DNA of 64,000 bases from Caldilineales bacterium. GTDB taxonomy: Bacteria; Chloroflexota; Anaerolineae; JAAEKA01. The stretch covers positions 691 to 64,690 of the forward strand of contig JAWKOJ010000004.1 of assembly GCA_041391245.1 (NCBI GenBank). The letters run 5' to 3'. Positions 7,991-17,700 of this stretch are shown here, piece after piece. Positions within the stretch are counted from its first letter, which is position 1. Each line of letters begins with the position of its first letter. The translations under genes were made by a program, and so were the position numbers. The notes under the pieces were generated by a model. That model saw nothing but the letters and a program-made list of their open reading frames with translations. It was not told where the DNA came from and did no database searches.

Positions 7991-8947
7991 TCAACCTGCC
8001 AGCGCCCGCCTGATCCGTTCGGCGGCAGGTTGTGCTCCTGGCACGAACGCCTGCCCGGTTAGCCGCTCGTAGGCAGCAATGTAGCGCGCCGCGACCTGGG
8101 CGATGAACTCGGGCGGCATGGCCGGCGCGGGGCCGTCGCCGCGGTAGCCCTGGCCTACGAACCAAAGGCGCAAGAACTCCTTGTCGAAGTTCTCAGGCTC
8201 CTGATCGGTGGCCCGGGTCGCCTCGTAGCTGTCGGCGACCCAAAAGCGGCTTGAGTCGGGGGTGTGCACCTCGTCGATCAACGCCGGCTTGCCGTCGATC
8301 AGTCCAAACTCATACTTCGTGTCCACCAGAATCAGCCCGGCGCGGCGGGCGATCTGCTGGCCGCGTTTGAACACCGCCAGCGCCGCCTGCTGGATCTCCG
8401 CCCACAGCGCCGGCTCTACCAGCCCACGTTCAACCACCTCCGCCGAGGTCAGGCGCTCGTCGTGCGCGCCGCCCGTTGCCTTGGTGGTCGGTGTGATGAC
8501 CGGCTCCGGCAGCGGATCGTTCTTCTGCAAGCCAGCCGGCAGGTCGAGGCCGTAGGGGCGCTCCACACCGGCATTGTACAGCGTCCACAGCGAGGTCGAT
8601 GTCACGCCGGTGATGTAGCCGCGCACGATCACCTCGACCGGCAGGGCGCCTGCCTCGCGGGCGATCGTCACGTTGGGATCAGGCACGTCGATGACGTGGT
8701 TGGCCACGATGTCGCCGACCTGTTCGAACCACCATGCGGCCAGTTGGTTGAGTACCTGGCCCTTGAACGGGATCGCGCCCAGCACGCTGTCGAAAGCCGA
8801 CACGCGGTCCGTGGTGATCAGGATGCGCCGGTCGCCCTGCACGTAGATGTCGCGTACTTTGCCCTCACTGCGCGGCCCCAGCCCGGGCACGTCGGCCCGC
8901 AGCAGCGCGTGGGGGATGGCAGCGATGATCTCGTCGGTAGATACCAT
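7991..8947 (-). CDS. purC: Phosphoribosylaminoimidazole-succinocarboxamide (SAICAR) synthase, long form
   Basis: 318 aa. Contains 'EGKVRDIY', 'ITTDRVSAFD' and 'LILVDTKYEFG'. Confidence 0.92.
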   Translation of the reverse strand: MVSTDEIIAAIPHALLRADVPGLGPRSEGKVRDIYVQGDRRILITTDRVSAFDSVLGAIPFKGQVLNQLAAWWFEQVGDIVANHVIDVPDPNVTIAREAGALPVEVIVRGYITGVTSTSLWTLYNAGVERPYGLDLPAGLQKNDPLPEPVITPTTKATGGAHDERLTSAEVVERGLVEPALWAEIQQAALAVFKRGQQIARRAGLILVDTKYEFGLIDGKPALIDEVHTPDSSRFWVADSYEATRATDQEPENFDKEFLRLWFVGQGYRGDGPAPAMPPEFIAQVAARYIAAYERLTGQAFVPGAQPAAERIRRALAG

Positions 8948-8972
8948 GGATCCTCCGTGTCTCGGTGTTGGT

Positions 8973-9779
8973 TCAGAGCTGCGCTGCGTAGCGCACGCCG
9001 TTAATGAAGAGTGGCAGGCCCAGCAGGCCGCGCTCGCCGCGGTGGACGCGCGGGTGTTGCTGCGGCAGGATATGGTCCTCGGGGTGCGGCATCAGCCCCA
9101 GAATCGTCCCGCTGGCGTTGCAGATGCCCGCGATGCCGTTCTGCGATCCGTTAGGGTTCCACGGGTAGACAACATCGCTGGTAGTCACGGCTTCAGCCGC
9201 TTCCGGTGTGCTTGCGTAGCGCAGCGCGACCAAACCGGCGCGCTCAATGGCTGCCAGCGTCGTCGCGTCGCGCGCCACGAATTTGCCCTCGCCGTGGGCC
9301 ACCGGGCAGTAGATCGGCTCATCAAGCCCGGCGGTCCAGATGCTCGGGCTGGCCAGCTGCGGCTGGAGGTAGACCCAACGACACTCGAACCGCGCCGAGT
9401 CGTTGCGCGTCAGCGTCGCAAGCTGCGTTTCCGATCCATCCGGGGTAGCCAATCCTGGCAGCAGACCCGCCTTGACCAGGACCTGAAACCCGTTGCAGAT
9501 ACCGATGACCGGCCGCCCAGACTCGACGAACGCCTGGATCTGCTCGCCGAGTTGGTGGCGAAGCATCACCGCCCACAGCTTGCCCGCGCCCAGGTCGTCG
9601 CCGTAGCTGAACCCGCCCGGAAGCGCCAGCACCTGATAATCGGACAGCGATCGCTCGCCGGCAGCCAGTCGATTGAGGTGCACGATCTCAGGTGCGCCGC
9701 CGGCCAGCTCGAACGCCAGCGCTGCCTCGCGGTCGCGGTTGGTGCCCGTCGCGTGCAGGATCAGGATACGTGGTTTCAT
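8973..9779 (-). CDS. purQ: FGAM synthase glutaminase subunit
   Basis: Homology begins at 'MKPRILILHATGTNRDREAA' (ATG at 9779). Nucleophile elbow 'ICNGFQVLVKAGLLPG'; 'GLMPHPE' near the C-terminus. The ORF-track extension to 9926 is rejected. Confidence 0.9.
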   Translation of the reverse strand: MKPRILILHATGTNRDREAALAFELAGGAPEIVHLNRLAAGERSLSDYQVLALPGGFSYGDDLGAGKLWAVMLRHQLGEQIQAFVESGRPVIGICNGFQVLVKAGLLPGLATPDGSETQLATLTRNDSARFECRWVYLQPQLASPSIWTAGLDEPIYCPVAHGEGKFVARDATTLAAIERAGLVALRYASTPEAAEAVTTSDVVYPWNPNGSQNGIAGICNASGTILGLMPHPEDHILPQQHPRVHRGERGLLGLPLFINGVRYAAQL

Positions 9780-9839
9780 GAATGTCGGTGGCAAAGGCGG
9801 CCGGGCTGAGCCGGCAAGTTCAATGGGATGTCTTGGCAT

Positions 9840-9867
9840 AGTGTAGCCCTTTGGCCGGGTTTTGCAA
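9840..9867 (-). promoter_or_regulatory. Candidate sigma70-type promoter for the pur operon
   Basis: On the minus strand: TTGCAA (9867..9862), 16-nt spacer, TACACT (9845..9840), ~60 nt upstream of the purQ ATG. Pattern match only. Confidence 0.35.
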
Positions 9868-9938
9868 ACCAGGGCCTGCCCTGGACTGGCGGAACACAAT
9901 CCCCATTGCTTGACGAATGCGTTCAAAACACAGGTTGT

Positions 9939-9966
9939 TTGACGTTGAACGTGATGTAGGTAGAAT
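9939..9966 (+). promoter_or_regulatory. Candidate sigma70-type promoter for the FAAL-PKS gene
   Basis: TTGACG (9939..9944), 16-nt spacer, TAGAAT (9961..9966). Overlapped by the inverted repeat CGTTCAA (9920..9926) / TTGAACG (9945..9951). Pattern match only. Confidence 0.4.
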
Positions 9967-10158
9967 GAGCCATTCGAAGTTCATTGCCAGCAATGATATT
10001 CCGCGGGATTCGTCAACCGATCGCATCTATTTCACAAGAGTCGCGCGCGGCGCCATCGTTGAGCCGCACCGGCAGACAACCATCGCGGTGATCTCAGTGG
10101 CAACCTGTATCTGCAAGGTCACCCGGACTCGACCATCCACAAAGGACGGCCATTTCTT

Positions 10159-11751
10159 TTGTTTGCCTCATTGATCGACCTGCTTCATCGTCGGGCTGAA
10201 GAACAGCCTGATCAGTCAGCATATGTGTTTCTGGCAGACGGCGAGACCGACGAACATGTTGTTACCTACTCCGAGCTGGATCGGCAAGCGCGTGCCATCG
10301 CAGCTGTCTTGCAGGCGCGACACGCTGCCGGCACACGTGCACTGCTGCTCTACCCGCCGGGGCTGGACTACGTCGCTGCCTTCTATGGCTGCTTGTACGC
10401 TGGTGTGATCGCAGTCCCCGCCTATCCGCCGCGGCCGCGGCGACCCATGCCGCGCATCCAGGCCATCGTTGCCGACTGTCAGCCGTCCGTCGCGTTGACA
10501 GATGCCCGCATCCTGTCTGGCCTCGAGCACCGGCTGGCCGAGCTGCCAGACATGGACGCGCTGGATTGGATTGACACCACGGCCGTTGACTCAGCGTCGG
10601 CGGAGCGGTGGCGGCATGTGCCGGTCGCACCCGACGATCTGTCCTACTTGCAGTACACGTCCGGTTCCACCGCGACGCCCAAGGGCGTCATGGTCAGCCA
10701 CGGCAACCTTGACTTCACCCTGGCCGATCTTGACGCCGGGTCGGATGGCGAGGAGCCTTCCACCATGGTGACGTGGCTGCCGCCCTTCCACGATATGGGG
10801 CTGGTTTTTGGCATCCTGCTGCCGCTCTACGGCGGATATCCCTGCGTCATGATGGCGCCCGTCTCCTTCATCCAGCGGCCGTTGCGCTGGCTGCCGCGCT
10901 GTCCACCTACCGCGGCACCCATAGTGCCGCGCCAACTTCGCCTACGAGCTCTGTTTGGAGAAGATCAGGCCGGAGGAGCGCGCCGCTCTGAACCTGAGTC
11001 GCTGGCGCGTTGCCCTCAACGGCGCAGAGCCGGTGCGCAAGGATACCATGGATCGCTTCGCGGCTGCCTATGCCGCCAGCGGCTTTCGTCTCGATGCCTT
11101 CTCGCCCGGGTACGGGCTGGCCGAGGCGACCCTACAAGTCACCGGAATCCTGGCAGGCAGCGGCCCGACCGATCTGCTCGTGGATCCAGTTGCGTTGGAA
11201 AGGCACGAAGTCGTTCCAGCACTCGCTGGACAGACGGAGGCTCGCAGCCTGGTCGGCTACGAGCCGTCTCCCTTGCAGACGCGCTGGTGCATCGCCGACC
11301 CGGACCAGTTGACTGCCTGTGCTCCCGGCCGTGTCGGCGAGATCTGGGTGGCCGGTCCGGGCGTTGCCCAGGGCTACTGGAATCGCGCCCAGGCTACCCG
11401 CGAGACCTTTCAAGCGCACCTGGCGGACACCGGGGACGGCCCTTACCTGCGCACCGGCGACCTGGGGTTCGTGCACGACGGCAAGCTATACGTGACAGGC
11501 CGCATCAAGGACCTGATCATCGTCCGCGGGCGCAACCACTACCCGCAGGACATCGAGCTGACGGCCGAGCAGAGCCATCCGGCCCTCGAGCCGGGCGGCG
11601 GCGGCGTTCTCGCTGGAACGGAACGGTGAAGAGCGGGTCGCGCTGGTCTGCGAACTGCGGCGCGAACAGCGCAAGACCGACCCACAAGAGGTCATCGACG
11701 CGATCCGCCGGGCCGTGGCAGGGGAACACGAACTGCAGCTCTGCGCCGTAA
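10159..11751 (+). pseudogene. Fatty acyl-AMP ligase (FAAL) loading domain of the downstream PKS; frame broken three times (decay or indel errors)
   Basis: TTG start with AAAGGA upstream. Canonical FAAL sequence ('LQYTSGSTATPKGVMVSHGNL', 'WLPPFHDMGL') runs to '..SFIQRPLRWL' (~10893). Homology then continues in other frames: 'ALSTYRGTHSAAP'; 'NFAYELCLEKIRPEE...GDLGFVHDGKLYVTGRIKDLIIVRGRNHYPQDIE' (ORF 10955..11629); and 'AAFSLERNGEERVALVCELRR...SSGKIQR', in the frame of ORF 11715..18911. Confidence 0.8.
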
Positions 11752-14700
11752 CCCTGACTATGCCGGGCCAGATGCCCAACACCTCCAGCGGCAAGATCCA
11801 GCGCCAGGCTGCGCGCGCCATGTTCCTGGCGGACGAGTTCAAGACCCTGGGCCGGTGGATCGAACCAGAACACGAACCCAACCAGGGCGATCTTTCGCCT
11901 GAGCCTGCTCTGGGTGGCCTTTCGCCTGAGCCTGCTCGGGCCGGTCTCCGACCGAGTCCCGCTGAGATCGCGCCGATTGACCACCAGGATTCCAGAGACT
12001 TCCACGCGATCCGTGACTGGCTGGTGGCCCGCATCGTCGCGCAGGTCAAGGTGCCGCCCAGCCAGATCGATGTGCGCGAGCCACTGGATCGCTACGGTTT
12101 CGACTCGGTGGCGGCTGTCGCGATCACCGGTGAGTTGGGCGACTGGCTTGGACGCACGCTATCCCCCACCCTCTTCTATGAGTTCCCCACCGTGGAAGCC
12201 GTGGCGCGCCACCTGGCGGACCAGGCGGTCGTTGCGCTGCCAGACGACACGCCGCCCGGCGCCTCGTTGATTTCGCCCGGCGGCGGCCAGGAACCTGTCG
12301 CCATCATCGGCATCGGCGTGCGATTCCCCGGCGCGAACGGGCCGCAGGCGTTCTGGGAGCTGTTGCGCGACGGCATCGATGCCATCACCGAGGTGCCGCC
12401 TGACCGTTGGGACGGCCGTGCCTACTACGATCCCAACCCCGCCGCGCCGGGCAAGATGAATACCCGCTGGGGTGGCTTTCTGGAGCAGGTCGACCAATTC
12501 GACGCGGCTTTCTTTGGCATCACGCCGCGCGAGGCCGCGCGCATGGATCCGCAGCAGCGGTTGCTGATGGAGGTTGCCTGGGAAGCGCTGGAAGACGCCG
12601 GACAGGCGCCTGCCCGACTGGCCGGCCAGCGGATCGGCGTCTTTGTCGGCATCTCCAGCTTCGACTACGGCCTGTTGCAACTGGGCGACAACAGCTTGAG
12701 TGACGCCTACGCCGGCACCGGCAGTGCGCTCAGCATCGCTGCCAACCGCCTCTCCTACTTCTTCGACTGGCGTGGACCGAGTATGGCTGTGGACACAGCC
12801 TGCTCCTCGTCGCTGGTCGCGGTTCATCTGGCCTGTCAGAACCTGCGGCTGGGCGAGTGTGACATGGCTCTGGCGGCCGGGGTCAACCTGCTACTGTCGC
12901 CTGCGATGACGGTCAACTTCGCCAAGGCCGGCTTTATGGCGTCCGACGGGCGCTGCAAGCCGTTCGACGCCAGCGCCGACGGCTACGTGCGCAGCGAAGG
13001 CGCCGGGGTTGTCCTGCTCAAGCCGCTGTCGCGGGCGTTGGCCGACGGCGATCCGGTCTACGCCGTTGTGCGCGGCAGCGCGACCAACCAGGACGGCCGC
13101 AGCAACGGCCTGACGGCACCCAATCCCCAGTCCCAGATCGATGTGCTGCGCCGGGCGTACCGCCAGGCAGGCGTCTCTCCGGGCGACGTTCACTACGTGG
13201 AGACCCACGGCACCGGGACGCCGCTGGGTGATCCCATCGAGGCGCAGGCGCTGGGCGCAGTTCTGGGCGCGGGCCGGCCGGCCGGTCAGCCGGCGGCCAT
13301 TGGCTCGGTCAAGAGCAACATCGGCCACCTGGAGGCCGCCGCCGGAATCGCCGGGCTGATCAAGGTCGCGCTGGCGTTGAGACACGGCCAATTGCCGCCC
13401 AGCCTGCACTTCCGCGAGCCTAATCCCCTGATACCCTTCGAGGACCTGGCGCTGCGCGTCCAGCAGACGCTGTCCGACTGGCCGGTGGAGCCGTCCGCGG
13501 CATTGGCCGGCGTCAGCGCCTTTGGCTTCGGCGGCGCCAACGCCCACCTGGTCGTGCAGGGTCCGCCCGCGCGGCGCCCGCGGCTGGGTGCGGCTGCGTC
13601 GCGTGCTCAGGTGATTCCCCTGTCGGCGCGCAGCCCGGAAGCGCTGCGCGATCTGGCGCTGGCCTACCGCGGGTATCTCCATGCCGCGCCGTCTGGCCGC
13701 TTCGGCGACGTTGCCTACACGGCCGGCGTACGTCGCAACCATCACGATCACCGGCTGGCGCTGGTAGCTGACACGGCTGATCAGGCCGTGTCCCGGCTCG
13801 ACGCGTTTCTGGCCGGCCGCAACGCTAAGGGCCTGGAGTTTGGGCGCCGTCCGCGCCAACGGGCTGCACGCGTGGTCTTCGTTTTCTGTGGTCAGGGTTC
13901 GCACTGGTGGGCCATGGGCAGGCAGCTTCTGGCCGAAGAACCGGTCTTTCGCCGGACGGTGGAACGGTGTGACGCCTTGCTGCGCCCGCTGGCCGGCTGG
14001 AGCCTGCTTGCCGAGCTGACGGCGGACGAGGCCGACTCGCGGCTGGACTACACGACCTACGCGCAGCCGGCCATCTTCGCCGTGCAACTGGCGCTTGTCG
14101 AACTGTGGAGCACCTGGGGCATCACGCCCGACGCGGTGGTCGGCCACAGCATGGGCGAGGTCGCCGCAGCAGTGGCCGCCGGCATCCTCGACCTGCCCGA
14201 CGCGCTGCGCATTGTCTATCATCGCGGCCGGCTGATGGAGCAGGCACGCGGGACGGGCAGGCTGGTGGTCGTGGAGCTTAGCCCGGCCGAGGCTGAACTG
14301 GCTGTTGCCGGGCTGGACGACCGCATCGGCGTCGCGGTGGTCAACAGCCCCAATTCTGTGCTGCTGGGCGGCGAGACCGAAACGCTGGAGACGCTGGTCG
14401 GCAGCTTGCAGCGGCGCGGGGTTCATTGCCAGTACCTGTCGCTGGACTTCTCGTCACACAACCCGCAGATGGACCCCTATCTTGCGGAGATGGCCGGGTC
14501 GGTGGGCGAGGTCGTCTTGCGCCCGGCGGCCCTGCCACTGATCTCGACGGTTACCGGCCAGCCTGTCGGCGACACGTTGCTAGACGCGGGCTATTGGGCG
14601 CGCAACATTCGCGAGCCGGTACAGTTTGCTCAGGCGATGGAGTATCTGTTGCAGGACGGGTACGACACCTTCCTGGAGATCGGTCCGCATCCTGTGCTGG

Positions 14701-17700
14701 CGCCGGCCATCATGCAGAACATGCTGCATCACGGCGTCAGGGGAACCGTGTTGCCGTCGCTGCGGCTCAACCGGGACGACCGGAATGTCATGCTGCGCTC
14801 GCTGGCCGCGCTCTACGCAGGTGGCCGCGATCCCGACTGGTCAGCGCTGGCTGAACCGGACGCGCGGCCCGTCAGGTTGCCAACGTATCCCTGGCAGCGC
14901 GAGCGGTACTGGGTTGAAGATAGCCGGCCCGCCGGTCCACAGCCGGCGCCTCGTCCCGTTCCGATCAACGACCGTGCGACCCGACCGGCGGCGGGTGGAG
15001 ACGACAATCTGGTGTACGAGTTGGGGTGGATACCGCGCCAACTTGCCGGCAACGGTTCACAGGTTCCCCCGCGTGACGGAGCGGGCCGCTGGCTGATCTT
15101 TGCCGACCGTGGTGGGGTTGGTCAGGCCGTTGCCGGCCGCCTGCGCATGGAAGGCGACCGCTGTACGCTGGTCTTCGCTGGCGCAGAGTTCGCTCAATCG
15201 GGCGCTGACCACTTCCGGGTCGATCCTGCCAGGCCGAAGCACTTCTCACAGCTTCTGAACGCCGTGTTCGCCGATGACAAGGCGAGTTGGCGCGGCGTGC
15301 TGCACTTCTGGGCCCTGGACGCCGGGTCGCCGGAATCGGATGACAGCGCGCTGGTCGATGCCCAGACCCTCGGGTGCGGCAGCGTGCTGCATCTGGTGCA
15401 GGCGCTGGTTGCCGATCACTCCCCGACCTCCCTGCCGCTCTGGCTGGTGACACGTGGCGTTCAGCCCGTGGACGCCGCGCCGTCCGCCGAGTCGCTGGCG
15501 CAGTCGCCGCTGTGGGGGCTGGGGCGGGTTGTCGCACTGGAACATCCTGAGCTGTGGGGCGGCCTGATCGACCTGGAGCCGGGCGCGATGCGGGTCGACG
15601 CCGAGGATTTCCTCAACGCGATCCGCCACGCCGACGGTGAGGACCAGTTGGTCTTGCGCGGCCGCCGAACGTACGTGGCACGCCTGCTACGCGCCGAAGC
15701 GGTGTCCGGCGAGCACGCGACCGGCCGGATTCGACCCGATGCAACGTACCTCCTCACCGGTGGTCTGGGTGAGTTAGGGCTCGAGGCGGCGCGCTGGCTG
15801 GTGGACCGCGGCGCGACGAGCCTGGCGCTGCTGGGACGCACCCCGTTGACGCCGGGCAGCAAGGCCGCGGCCGCGGTGCGGGCGTTGGAGGAGAAGGGCG
15901 CCTCGGTGGCGACGCTGGCTGCTGACGTGGGCGACCGCGCACAAATGACCGCCGTGTTCGGCCAGATCGCCGCTACTCTGCCGCCGTTGCGTGGTATCGT
16001 CCATGGGGCAGGCGTTCTGGAGAATCGATCGCTGGCTGAACTGAGCCTGGAATCGCTGCACGCGACGATGCGGCCCAAGGTTGCCGGAACCTGGGTGCTG
16101 CAACAACTGGCTGGTGAACTGGACCTGGACTTCTTCCTGCTGTTCTCGTCCATGACGGCGGTCTTGGGCTGGCGCTACGCTGGCCACTACGCCGCGGCCA
16201 ACCATTTTCTCGACACCTTTGCGCACTATCGCCGGGGCGCCGGGCGGCTCGCCACGAGCATCAACTGGGGGCCGTGGGGCGAGGTCGGCATGGTCAGGCG
16301 CGGCCAACTGGAGGAAAGCTTCACGCGCATGGGGATTGCGCCGCTGCCGCCCGCGGCCGGCCTTACCCAGCTGCAGAAGCTAGTGGCCGCTGCGCCTACC
16401 CAGGCTGCGGTCATCGACGCCAACTGGGAACGGTTTGATGCGCTCTACCAGTCGATCCGGCCCACTCGCCTGCTCACGCAGCTTGATCCCTCTCCCGCAA
16501 CAAACCATACTGCTTCTGACCAGACGGTCGTGGAGCGGCTCAGTGCTGCGTCGTTCACCCAGTGGCAGGATATTCTGGCGGTGTTTCTGCGCCGCAAGGT
16601 CGCCCATGTGCTGCGCGTCGACCCGGACCAGGTGCCGGGCGATCTGAGCGTGGTCGAGCTAGGACTGGATTCTATCATGGCGATGGAGGTCACTTGGGCG
16701 TGCAACGAGGAGCTTTCCGTGCGGCTGATGCTGCGGGAGGTGTTCGAACAGCCGTCGCTAACCGCTCTCGCAGGCACGCTGGCCGAGAAGCTGGCCGAGA
16801 TGCCGTCGATGCGTGTCAACGGCAACGGGTCTGCAACACGCTGGGATGACTCTGCCGCGAACCCGCCACCTCATGTCAACGGCATGGCTGGCAGGCCAGC
16901 CGCTGAGATCAAGCCGGCAACGCCACCGGATGCTCTGACATCGCTGGTTCCGCTGCGGGCCAGGGGAACCAGGACGCCGTTGTTTCTGGTTCCCCCGGGA
17001 GCGAGCACCGTGTTGAGCTTTGGCGCGCTGGTGCAGTGTCTGGACGCTGACCAGCCGGTCTATGGGCTGGAGCCGCTGGGGATGGATGGCAGGCACCCGC
17101 CGCAGTGGCGGGTGGAGGATATGGCGTCCCACTACATCAATGAAATCATGACCGTTCAGCCTCGCGGTCCCTACCTCTTGGGCGGGCGCTGTTTCGGCGG
17201 GCTGGTCGCATTGGAGATGGCGCAGCAGTTGCGCGCCCAAGGGCAGCGAGTGGCGATGTTGGCAATCCTCGACACCCTCCAACCGCCCAAGCCCAGCTGG
17301 TTGCGAGATCAGTCGCCAGAGGGCCAGGAGGAGGATTCCAGCCTTGTGAGACGGATGGCAGGTCGCTGGGTGCGCAACACCTATCGGCTATGGAAACGAC
17401 TGACGATCACCGATGCGTTTACGCTGTACACGCTGAGGCAGGTGCTTCCTGAAGACCGTTTCCCCAACATACTGAGCGCGGAGGCGCGCCACATTCGCAA
17501 CACGGCGCGGGCGCACTACCAGGCCAACGAGTTGTACCTGCCGCGACTCTACGAGGGGCGGTTGACGCTCTTTTCCAACGCCGGCCACAACGGCAGCCAT
17601 CAACTCAACTGGGCCGCGCTGACTTCGCAGGCAGTGGACATCCATGTTGTCCCCGGCAACCACCTCACGATGTTCAAAGAACCGTATGTCCGCGTGCTGG

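Noticed and set aside
9780-10158. Treating the 10-59 kb block as a demonstrable mobile genomic island.
   Set aside because: I could find no integrase, transposase, tRNA or flanking direct repeats at either edge, apart from a weak CGGAAC(A/G)CAA similarity. Composition appears similar to the flanks. It is reported only as a synteny observation.
9917-10174. Small ORFs in intergenic regions: 9917..10174, 19210..19455, 26563..26820, 56304..56570.
   Set aside because: They have no RBS, odd composition and no recognisable motifs. They overlap predicted promoter or leader regions of the flanking genes.
12891-14426. Long antisense or off-frame ORFs inside real genes. Examples: 111..1058, 2624..3730, 3734..5422, 12891..14426, 21881..23107, 30809..32230, 32862..34382, 42875..44209, 50229..51578, 60597..61727.
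   Set aside because: These are typical shadow ORFs of GC-rich DNA. They are Arg/Ala/Gly/Pro-rich low-complexity translations with no motifs, and each fully overlaps a gene with clear family signatures on the other strand or frame.
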